Positions 37,367-48,800 of a stretch of 64,000 nucleotides of DNA are shown piece after piece; the first letter of the stretch is position 1; each line of letters opens with the position of its first letter. Both the position numbers and the translations under genes were made by a program. The stretch is from Phallusia mammillata (lineage: Eukaryota). The notes under the pieces were generated by a model. It had not been told where the DNA came from, did no database searches, and was given only the letters and a program-made list of their open reading frames with translations. Location: the NCBI GenBank assembly GCA_965637545.1, contig OZ281497.1:18228001-18292000 (forward strand), given 5' to 3'.

Positions 37367-39365
37367 ATGCTTGTCACTGTCGGTCCTTCAACGGTGAACA
37401 GCAACCAAGATCGCCGCTCCCGACATTCGTCGTTTGGATCACCGGATGCAACCAGACACACCTCCTTTTTAATCCGAGACATTCTGGCCAAAAACGATCC
37501 TCCGTGTGAGGACCGTGTCCTTGATGCTCCCTCCTCTAGTCCTGGATCAACTGGTACCATTAGCCCCCAAACGTGGGAAGATGACTTCGAAAGATCCACA
37601 GGACAGGAAACGGAGGACCACATGAGGTGGAAATCCGAATATTCCCGGTACAGAACAGTACAAGAAGATACGACCGCCATTTTGACAAATTCGCCATACG
37701 AAAGAGATGCTGTTGCCCGGCAAAGGGACGTGGACTATAATAAAGAAAGAAGACTTACACCTCCATCCCCCCGATTTTCTCCAACATACCGGGATTCTTT
37801 TGAGAAACATGAGAGAGTAACACATAGTGAAGCCGACGCCAAACCTTCACGCAACAATTCCATGTCAACTAAATGGACGCTGCCTGAAGTATCAAGGCGG
37901 AGCTGTGTGTCGCCAACCCGGTCACCCACAGAAAACGAAACGACAGACATCAGCGGTGATTCCCTGACGAAAGAACTGAACCATCGGGCCATGAATTACG
38001 AACGATTTCGCCGGTCTCTCTTAAAGCACATCGACGAGGACCTAACCAACCAACAAGTTTTCGGTGGCATGCTTCTCAATCCTGGAAACTACTCGATGAT
38101 CGATTTACGATACGCTTATGCTCTTGCTGGTGCCAGGCAATTCCAAGTCCCACAAGTTCCTTCCATGCTCTTGGGTTATCCCAACGCCGCCTTAGTCAAT
38201 CCGAATGTCGAAGCCGCCTACGCAAGTTACCTGGAACGCGCCAGGCATTTGGTTTCTTCCAGTGACCAGAGCTCCCAAAGCCCCTATAAGCATAATCCCC
38301 ATCAACGGTATACTCTCAATGATCGTTGGTCGAAAGAGAAGGAAATGACATCGTTTAACTATAGTTCGAGTCCGATGATACACGATGACCGCGATGCAGA
38401 TTCAGATCCAAATCATTCCGACAGAGGATCGGATCATCCACCATCACCATCTTCCTCTACGTCATCTATGACCTCACCCAGCAGTCCGCAGAAAACGACA
38501 GTTCACCTTCCAGCGTATCTGAGGAGTCGCTTAAACGGGGTTGTGAATGCGTCGGAAGTCGAAGGAAGCAACGGAAAACCGAAGAAATGTCGAAGAAGCA
38601 GAACTGTTTTCACCGAGCTGCAGGTAAGAGTGCTTTCGTGACTTTTTCTGATGTCGTGTAGATAAAAAAAACTAAGGGATCATGTTTCCTCTAAAAACAA
38701 GGGGCGTATGCTTCTTCCAAAAATAAAACAAGGGGCGACACTCCATGTCATAAATATCTGTGCTTGCTGTGTAAGGGTCATGTTTTCACACAAAATGTAG
38801 TGTATCCCAAGGCGTTATTTCCATCTAAAAACGGTTCTGCCTGTTTTAGTGATTATGTCTATACATAACGATTTTTTTAGATGCTCGGTCTGGAAAAGCG
38901 CTTTGAAAAACAACAGTATCTTTCGACACCTGATCGCGTGGAGTTGGCTGAACTTCTAGGATTAAGTCAACTACAAGTAAAAACTTGGTATCAAAACCGC
39001 AGAATGAAGTGGAAAAAGCAGGTAAAGAAAAATGCTCTGTTTTGGCACTTCTCAAAATGAAAGTAAAAATTGTGTTTCATTAAGGCTTTTTAATGCTCCT
39101 GGTGCAAATAAACGAAATATATTTGCACCCCAACAAGCTGCACTTACATCGTAATATTACATAATATATCCAGTAAACAAATCTATTTTTGTTCACCCAG
39201 GTGCTGCAGGGCGGTGGTACCGAACCTCCAACAAAACCAAAAGGAAGACCGAGAAAAATCCGGCCCGAAGAGCAGTCTTCCCATAACGTAAAACCTCCAG
39301 CGACAAACTTTACCAATGGCGGCGCCGTGATGCAATCGGAGTCAAAAGTTAAAGTTTCGTGTTAA
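37367..39365 (+). CDS. BARX: BarX-family (NKL class) homeobox transcription factor, ~520 aa; exons 37367-38623, 38881-39021, 39201-39365
   Basis: Homeodomain [11 protein letters not shown]|[47 protein letters not shown] has the Bar-type Tyr in helix 3. It is followed by the BarX basic region [20 protein letters not shown]-terminal EH1/FIL motif SFLIRDIL. Confidence 0.95.
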
Positions 39366-40190
39366 TCGCCACCACGGCGGTTTCTGCGACACTTGCGGTT
39401 TCAGAAAAGATATATTTATGTTTGTGGGTTTGTAAGATTCTCACGGATGCTGGGCGTGGTACGAATGGGCGGTTTCCGAAACATGCAAAGGAGCGACAAT
39501 CGAAGTGTCTTGTTTATCGAGCAAGTAACCCTATGCATTTATGCGAAATGTTGAGCCGTGTATGCGAACAAACTTTTACATTATATTTTCACAAATACCT
39601 CTTGTGTTGTTGCGCAGTGCGCTGAAATGCAGTATATATATATTACCGTTCTTGAGTTCCGTCTGATTTTTGTAGGCCAATGCCGGTGAGCGTGCTTTTG
39701 TAAATAAACTCCAAAAGGAAGAACATTCCTTTGTCGTGTGTGTGTTCCGGCTGCTATAGAGGTTGTTGTTGTGTCGCACGATCCGTGGGACAACCTGCGA
39801 AGTCAATTAACAGGTCGCCAATTAACTCAACACATCGTGGTGTCGTAATGTTTTCGACCTGCAAGTGACTCGCCTCAACCTAACGCTTGGGCACGAAAAT
39901 AAGTCGCACGGCGATGATGCGTTTCCTTTTGTGCTTAGGCCACCATCCATTTAGCAGCGTAAATGTCGCGTTTGCGCGCGCAACTACCGGCGCAATGATC
40001 ACAAGCAAGTAATGAGCGTAATAATAAGGCGCTTTGCACAATCGTACTGTGCACATCGCAGACGATCGCTAATAATTATCGCCCACAAATGCGATCAGCG
40101 AATGCGAACAGGTGAACCCGCGGTAAACTGGGCGCGACAATGCGCAGGCAACGGTTATGGCTTCCTCATAATGCGATCTAAAAATGGCAT

Positions 40191-40511
40191 TTCCCACAGT
40201 CTGCGGTAATTAAGCCCGAGAGCTGTGCGATTTGCTCAGCGAGAGCCATTGTTTTAACGCGCGTGTACTTTCCCGTAAACCGCCGTTCGTCGTTTCACCG
40301 CCAATTAGGCATTTATTACACTAAGCGACAATTGCCGACTAGCGGGCAACTGCCCTTTGTAGTGATGGAGTCAATCACATATTTTGGTAAGGACTCTTAC
40401 CTTTAACCATGTGGGAATTAACGTGATAATAGGGCGAACGATCAACCAATTGTGGCAAGTGACCGATAAACAGAACACTCGTAAATTTGAAAGTGAAAGC
40501 GTATGTGGGAA
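40191..40511. promoter_or_regulatory. Cluster of three Su(H)/RBPJ consensus sites 3' of BarX (candidate enhancer)
   Basis: TGTGGGAA at 40191-40198 (-), 40410-40417 (+) and 40504-40511 (+). Motif match only. Confidence 0.35.
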
Positions 40512-43500
40512 AATTATGGTGTTGGCTTCAGCACTCGAATTGATTAAAAAATAAAGAAACAGGAAATAGTGTTAATACTCTTATATATAACAGCCAGGAG
40601 GAGGATAAAATTATCAAAAACGGTATTTATCGTTTTACTTAAATCAAGATTTTTAATTTTTTTTATACCCGAACAGTTTGATAGGTTTGAAGTAAATAGG
40701 GTGTTTTTAAACCATATGTAAAGACATTGTTCAGTTTACAGCACAATTAAATTTAAATCTGATTATTCTGACAGTAAATTAGATTTGACGGCATTCCGCA
40801 ACGCCGCATTTTGAATGCCTATTTATCGCCATCGCCGCCAGTCAAGCATTACAATTGCTGTCGGACGCGGTAATTCATTATCGCGCGATACGTTGGCGAA
40901 AAGCGACCGAACGACAAACTTATTAACGATACTAAGGAATTCTGACACGAAAATCAAATAACTGCAAGGTGCGTGAAAAGGAGCATCTGCGTCACCGGTC
41001 ACAGCTAAGTGATATCAGCGACACCTGCGACCGACAGAGGAAAGATTGGCTTACGAGCTATCAAACCTAATCTCGCCACTTCAGCCCTTCGATTCCAGTG
41101 CAGCTGCGGCCGAGCGCGCCAACGAAAGATGTGACCCCGCGCAAATTGGCCTTTAATATAAATACCACTGAAAAAGCAAACAGGAAAATGTGGCGCGCAC
41201 ATGAAGAGGTGACTCTTGCGCCGGATAAAGGGATCTCCGGTGTTGACAAATGCGAGTCATTGCTTATAATATCGCCAAGGTGAGACTTCGAGAAAGAAAC
41301 TGATATATGGCCTAGATTCATTTTCATTGGCAAATACTTATATTTGAATTTCCTTGAAGTCCATGTCCTCATCAGAGATTTTGTGCCATAGGAAACTGAT
41401 ACTGGGTAAAAAAAGAATTTGACGCAGCTAAACCATTCGCACTGGGTTTGAAATGTAATAAAACAAGACAACGAAGAGAACCTTGCTTGGGCCACACAGG
41501 GAGGTATGCAGTCGGTAATTAATATTTACAAAAGACTGCAATTACCAGCAAAACACTCGGACCAAAGCCTAACAACTTGAATGAGTTCAACCTTGAGACC
41601 GACAAAGTATGGCGCCTGTTCAAGGAAGGGAAAGCATTTGTCAGCCGGGGCGTTTCGTAAACACGATAATATTACTGTGCGTTAACAGGCGCACGCAAAT
41701 GGCCCACAGGACCCGGGTTGCAGCGGCCAATTTACAAAAGGCCGGCGCACTTCGGGAAAAGTTGCATTACTTGTGTTTTCGTGTGGGATGCCGGACTTGA
41801 AGCAAACGACGTGGGGGTGTTTTGACTTGCGTGCCTTTGAGCGGTTAATTGCCGTATCGAATTTCGGACCCCAGTTCGAATGAGCTTCGACACCCGCACC
41901 CCACACGTATCAGTCATCGACCAAAAGCTGGTTTTCTTTTTATCTCGACGCCTACAAACTTACAAATAATCTTTTTTGTTTGTTGTATCATTGTGTCAGA
42001 ATAATCCACTTACAATTATTTTTGGGCATTTGTATATGCCCCCTCAACAAAAATTGACAAATAACCAGAGTATGTCAAAATAGCAAAAGACGATTTTTGC
42101 GTTAAGGTTTGTGCCGATAAAATTTAAATATCGTGGTAAAATAGGGTGGGTCTTAAGTGAAACTAGAAATTCGTCATATTTTTAAGTAACCAGTATCGGA
42201 ATTTGTTGTGATTGTTTGCGGTGTCTGTTCAATCAAATATTTTTCAATCATTCAACTAATTGGAAACACGCCTAGGTTTTAAAAACTCCATACCTCAAGC
42301 AGTCATTATGCAGTATATCAAGAGTGCGACTACTTCAAAGTGGTTGACACGCAATAGTGTACTTATCCTTCAAGTCCCGCCTATGGCTGTAATGCATTTC
42401 CGCGATCTAATAATACAACTTAATGGGCCGCAAATGGCCTCAACGATTTTTCTTCTCTCAGTAAGTCACGTGACCCGCATCGCTGACGCCCGCGAGCAAC
42501 GCAACAAATTTGTCGGACCACCCCGGTCGCCAAGGAGTACTCCTTGTTGCGGGTGGCTGGAGATATTTGTACCCGCAATTGTGTTTTCGTGCCTGTGCGT
42601 GTGAAGACATTTTAGCGCTGTGCGACTTTCGCTTTTATGCTGCGGTCCGGGTCGGAAAAGCGCCTGTGATGCCGACGCCAAGTAAGCGTATCAAAACGGT
42701 TTACATAAACCGTCGAGCGACGTCTCAACCGGGGCCAGACAGGCCAGCGACGCCATGCGGGGGCTAACGACTCGTTTAAAGGCTCCACTACATAAGCGTT
42801 ATTAATATGGACGAAAGCCGATTTTCACGTTTGATGCTTGTAAAACTATTTTTGGATATTGTATTTGGAGTTGTTTTATTCCGTTTCTGGTTGACATGTG
42901 AGAACAAGAAACAAAAAACCATTTTAAAGGAAGAATTTGCTTTACACAGGCTTAAACATCACGGTACAAAAGTTGACACAGTCGGTGGCCCAATATACAA
43001 TAATCACTAAAAGAAATCAAGATGTTGTGCATACATTACGCAGATTTACCACCGACGTACAACGCCACCATTGTGCATTGCATTGTGTTGATAAAACACT
43101 CCCAGCAGCTGATCACGCTTGGGGGAACAGTCTCAAATAAATTTCTGGCCCAACGGTCGAACCTGAAATAGCCCCCAGTGAAGGCTGTTTATGACTGTCT
43201 CGCTGCGGTCGCTAACAGGCGGGGACCACACGTGAGCTGAGAAACACATTAGCAAACTTTCGTGTCGCTTTGGCACAGTTCCGGGCGTCAGTCGCGGCGT
43301 TTAGTCACACACAGTTGGCTGCATGTTGTGTAACTGTATATCGTGTGACCCCCTTGAGGCAAAAAAACAGGCAAGTGCCTGAAAGCATGCGGAAAGTTGA
43401 TATTCGCCCTAAACTATTGTTTACAGACACATATATTTTGCTAAAAACATTTTTATTTTTACAAGCAAAACGTTTCGCTAAAGATAATAGTGTCGTATTT

Positions 43501-45380
43501 TAAATCGATTCCAAAAACTGCGGTTTGGTAAAACTAACTTTTTGACAGCTTAGTGCGATGTTCGATTACGGGTTTTAAAACTGTTGGAATCACGTACATA
43601 AATTTTGTCTAACAAAAATATCATTTCACCACTTTTGCCTTACAACAAGAATTTAATTTAAATTCGTTTCGTTGATAACAGGTTACATCATCAAATCGAA
43701 CACCACGTTGTTTGTTAAGACCCAAAGAACAATAATTAACGCCCCTGGCTTAGCTCACGACATTTTAGCAGTCTTTCAACAACACAAACAAAAATTAGAC
43801 ATGAAAATTTTGAGTGCCGTGATCTACTCTACAAGGACACCAGAGGGGTGATGCCCGAAACACAGTTACATTTCAGGTACCTGCTACCAGGAGGAGAATT
43901 GCTTGTCTTTCGCCAAGAAGTGATTACGGATCATTGAAGCAAACTCGTCACCTCGTCGTTCGTGATTTTGCTTAATCTTATAATGCGCCAATTTACAAAA
44001 TTCCGGCTTTGTGGTCAAGTATTTATTTAACCCACGCATGATGAAAGGCAAGTGACACGACTGTTTTGCACAATAGCCCAGGCCTCTGCCGGATTTGTTC
44101 AACAAACGGCAGAAGACGAGATTGTTTTGTTTGACGATAAGGCACGTGAAAATTGAATGCAAGGCAATTTCATATAATGCTACGAATTTTTTTTAACCTG
44201 TTGGCCACACTTAAAACAATCATTATTTTCAAAGTGGCACAAACCAGTAAAAATTACATCTTCGGCTACATCAGAACGACAGCAGCAGTGGGCAACATGT
44301 GGCGCCTGCGCTCAAAGTGGCGCATTTTATAATTACAAGTGGCACACTTATCCGATATAGAAAGCAAATCAAGAAAGTTTGTATGTTCATGTGAAGATAA
44401 AAGTCATTACAACAAATAAAATGACCTGTCACTCAAATAGTGATACACTTTGCAGACAACGTAACTCGAATTTTGAATGTCAAACAAAGTCCATTCTCTA
44501 TTCTTCCTTCTATCAATTTTTTGCGAGCCCCTACTTTCAATTAAAACTGTTTTGAAACATATAGACTACATTAACCTGTCCCTACCATGGTAAGTTTATG
44601 TTTTATGACCTATATCAGGTTTGACATTTACATGATGATATTCAGAACACTACTACTTGATAACCTTCTGTTAATTTCGACTCAAAAGCTTTTCCCGAGA
44701 CTTACGTCAAGGTCACGGGCTTCAGTTCCGGATTTCTCTGGCTTATCTTTTAGACTGGTTTTGGAGATTTGTAATTTTACAATTTCGACAAAACATTTAG
44801 TGAATAGTTCCTAACTACTGTTTAGTTTGTATTGTTGTTTAAAGGTTGACAAAAATTTCGACTCGTTTTGTTCACCTTGTGACAGAAAGACTCATTCAAA
44901 CAGGGACATTTGTACTACTTGTTAAAGTGATATTTTGGGTTTGAATTGTTCGGCAACTTATCGACATTGCGGCAAACATGTGTTTGGTCATTATAATTAA
45001 TCGTACAGTGATGGTTCGATACGCATGACTGATTGTTGCTAGAGAAGCTCAGCTGATTGTAAATGTGAAGTTTGATTGAACGTTATGTCGGTGCTGTTAC
45101 TGTTATGTTGCTGTCATACTAAATACTTTTTTAGCCATGTAGTTTAAGATGCCAGTTGATAGATCAATTGCAAGACATCGTAGTATATGTCAAGCAACAT
45201 TGACGTAAAATTTATACCCGAAGTTTAGAACGAAACATTTCGTTTACATTCCTGATTCCTCTATTACGTTTGAATATTGTTGGGTAATTGTTTCGAGATG
45301 GAAAAGGTCATGAGGATATAAAAGTGATATGTCAAGTACCTCCTATAAGTTACGTGTTAAAAAATTGTAATAGCCTAAAC

Positions 45381-45596
45381 CAGTAGTTCTCAAACTGTGC
45401 GTCGCGACGCCCTGGTGTGTCGTTTCAATTTTCCAAGGGCATCGCAGAATAGTTCTGTTTCGTGGCTTTTTGTTGTTGTGTCAATAAAGGCAACGTTATT
45501 AATAAGTTTCCTCATTAACTTTTATTTGCTGGTGTGTCGGAAGTCCAAAAAACTTTTAAAGAGGCGTTGCAACCAAAAAAAGTTTGAGAACCACTG
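45381..45596. mobile_element. hAT MITE, family C (short form)
   Basis: Ends homologous to 9052-9840; perfect TSD GCCTAAAC. Confidence 0.88.
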
Positions 45597-45811
45597 GCCT
45601 AAACTGTTTTTGCCCAAAACTATATTACTTTATTTTTACTCTTATATCTACTATCTAGCACCACTGCGAAGTTTTGGAATGCATATGAGGGCATACATTG
45701 GCACATTATTGAAAACATTTTTGTGTTTTGGTATTTATTTGATCCACTGTTATAGAATGTAATTTATGACTAATTATAGGCACCAATTAAGTGCATGTAT
45801 AAAGTTTTCCA

Positions 45812-48800
45812 ATGAAGATAACGGAGCATCTCTCACTTAACTCTGAATCTGTTGAACCTCTTGGGGCAAATTTTGTAAACTTAAATTTGAAACGAATACG
45901 GAAGGACTTGCAGGAAAGTCGTCAACCCATTTGTCCCTACATCAGCAGCACCTTTGTGGATTTGGAAGAAGAATTTAAATTCTTGCATGTTGACACTTTT
46001 CCAAAGCTAGAAGAAGTTTGTGAAACATATGGCAGCCATTTTACTCCTATAGACAACAGGCGGACTGCAGTTGATTTTAGATCATCTTCTGACTTTTGTC
46101 TAAAAAATGCATTGGACAATGTTCAAAACTGTTTGCCTTTTTTTATTTGCATAATCGGTAATCAGTATGGTTCGCATCTGCCAAGCAACAGTCCACCAAT
46201 CCAAGTCACTACACAGAAACATTTATTGAAGGGAAGCACTTCAAATGAAAGAAACTTAATATTTGCTGCGACCCATGGTCATCCATGGGTTTTGAATGTG
46301 GAAGCTCAGCAATGCAGTATCATGGAATTGGAAATCCTGGCATCCTCTTTTTCTGAAGAGAATCATTACCCCAAGCATTGCTACTTCTACTTCAAGGACT
46401 ACTACCATCATCTCTGCAATCACACAGATGTTGCAATTGACACTGATTCTTTTCAGGAATTTGGAACAGTACTGGAAGCAGAAAGTGATTATGCTCAAAT
46501 GCGACTGAATGATCTTAAGCTTCGTATAGTCAATAAGGGATTGCCAGTAAAATATTTTAGTTCAAAGGAAAGTCTTGGTGCTGCAATACTGCAAGATTGG
46601 TCTGAAGTGATTGAAAATCTTTATCCATTGCCATCAAGAGATTTTGTTCCTGGTATGTCTTTTAAAAGTATTTCAGTGTTTTTTTAATTTGATTGTATTT
46701 TTTGTTCTATCTTCAATTGAAATAAACCGTGCTACTGTTGGTTATAAACATAATGATTAATAAAACCCAAGTATTTTACCCTGCTGAAACGCACATTGTC
46801 TGGAGAGAATAGTAGGTATTTAAATCTTTAAATGCCTTTTGATTGTCTGTATGCCCCATTGTGTTCCATTATGTGGTGACATTGTGGTCATATAAAACCA
46901 TTGTTAATTGACCTGTGACATGAGGTTTCTTGATCATCTATAACACAACAACACTATGTTCTTTTCAGGTGATGAACTGCTTCTTTCAACATGGTCAAAT
47001 CAATCATACACTTATTGCCATCGAAAAAAGTTCTGTTTCTATCAGGGCTTGCAAAAGATATGGGAATGTTTGAACTTGCATGCACAACCTATAGTGGAAC
47101 AAACATCCACTGCCAGGGAGACTGCTTATTCCTCTGGTATTACAGTGATAAAAAAGTTCCATTTTGACATAATAGTCATCAGGAAATGCATATAACTGAA
47201 AAGCATATGTCGCCGAAAATGTTGCCGAATTAAGAGTAACCCAGAAATAATACTTCTGAAACGAATGCTGCAGTGTGGTTAATTTATTAGTCATTAGGTC
47301 TTTTTTGTAATGATCCGTATGCTAATTATTATATTACATGCTTTACAATCCTTTATATGTTATACTGTGTAACTGCAAGTTGTATTTTGTACTTGTCTGC
47401 AGACGGACAGGAATCAAGTGGTGATGATGTTTCTTTAACTGGTCACAAACTTGGGGATGGAATATTTTCATCCGCAGCATCATTTGTCAAGTCTGTTAAG
47501 TGAGTGGCAAAAAAATTTATTATGCATCCTGTTGTATTTTTACGTAATTTGATACAATACAATCAAAAGGGTACTTATTTTGGTTTACATACTTAAGTGC
47601 CTGTCTATGCAAACATAAAGGTACTTTAAAACCTCTCAAAACATTGAAGGGCCATTCAATATGACCAATAGTTTATTACAGTATTTAAAATCATATTATT
47701 CACTTATCACACTGCATGGTTTTCTTTGGCTCTTTTTTGTTCTCTTATCACACTGCATGGTATTCTTTGCAATTATTTTTAATTCAGACAGCTTCCACCA
47801 AAAAATGAATCAAGGAAGGCAAAAATATTTGCTATTGTTGGTGATCCAGGTAGCGGAAAGTCGACTTTACTTTCTAATTGGCTGCATGAATTTAGGAAGG
47901 AAAACCAGAGTGTTTTGGTGTGTTGTGGTTCAATTTATTTACAATAAATGTAGTTCTAACGTTTTCCATTTTTACAGGTTATATCTGAATTTGTGGGTTC
48001 CTCTTATTTAAGCCAGGATATCACTGCCCTTTGTAGAATGTGTGTACGAATTTTACGAGAAAAATGCTGGAACAGAAAGTAAGGTCTCCCAGGGACATTT
48101 AAGTTTTGTGTAAACTTTGGAAATATTTTTACAGGGTGTTGGAAAATGTTGACATGTCAGGAGCACAGACATTCTCTGGTTTAATGGAAACATTCAAAGC
48201 TTCTTTAGAATGTCATCCATGCGTGATTGTCATTGATAACATCAATGACCTGAAATTCGGAATGCATGAGGACATAGGAAAATTGAAAGGTCATACTACA
48301 TTTGCCATATATACAGTTGCAAACATAAACGTTTTTTATTGTACCATGCTGTTTCAACTGATTTTAAACAAATGTGGGCCATATATATCTTAGAAGACAT
48401 GGGAAAAAGCTTTAAAGCAGTGGTTCCCAAACTTTTTCATATTTTTTTCAAAACGGTCCCTTTGCCATTATTCGAGGGCTCGCGGTCCTTAAGCCTAAAT
48501 GGGTATTTCATAAAAACGAAAGTTGATTGCACGATTTTAGCTAGTTATGCAAAATTGCTCATAACAATCATCCAAAGACAGCATATGACACCACAAACAG
48601 GACAAAAACATTACGATTGTGCGCGAACAATTGCATTTTTGATAGTTGTCATTCAATAAAGGCCATTGTTTAGCAATGGGGACAGTCGATTCTCAATTCT
48701 ACTTTGATTTAAACTTATTTAGTGGCACAAACTGACGCCAAATAAGATTATAGAATTACTTCAACCGCTTCGCGGTCCCCCCAAAATTGCCTCACGGACC

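Noticed and set aside
44138-44162. miR-124-like string TAAGGCACGTG...TGAATGCAA
   Set aside because: Spacing differs from mature miR-124, and there is no complementary 5' arm to form a hairpin.
44284-44350. Possible hAT terminus (CAGCAGTGGGCAAC...)
   Set aside because: No partner TIR or TSD identified; at most an old fragment.
47703-47761. 18-bp direct repeat CTTATCACACTGCATGGT
   Set aside because: Two-copy local intronic duplication; not an array.
45397-48659. ORFs 45397-45762 and 48339-48659
   Set aside because: They run through MITE sequence, have non-ATG starts and show no transposase similarity.
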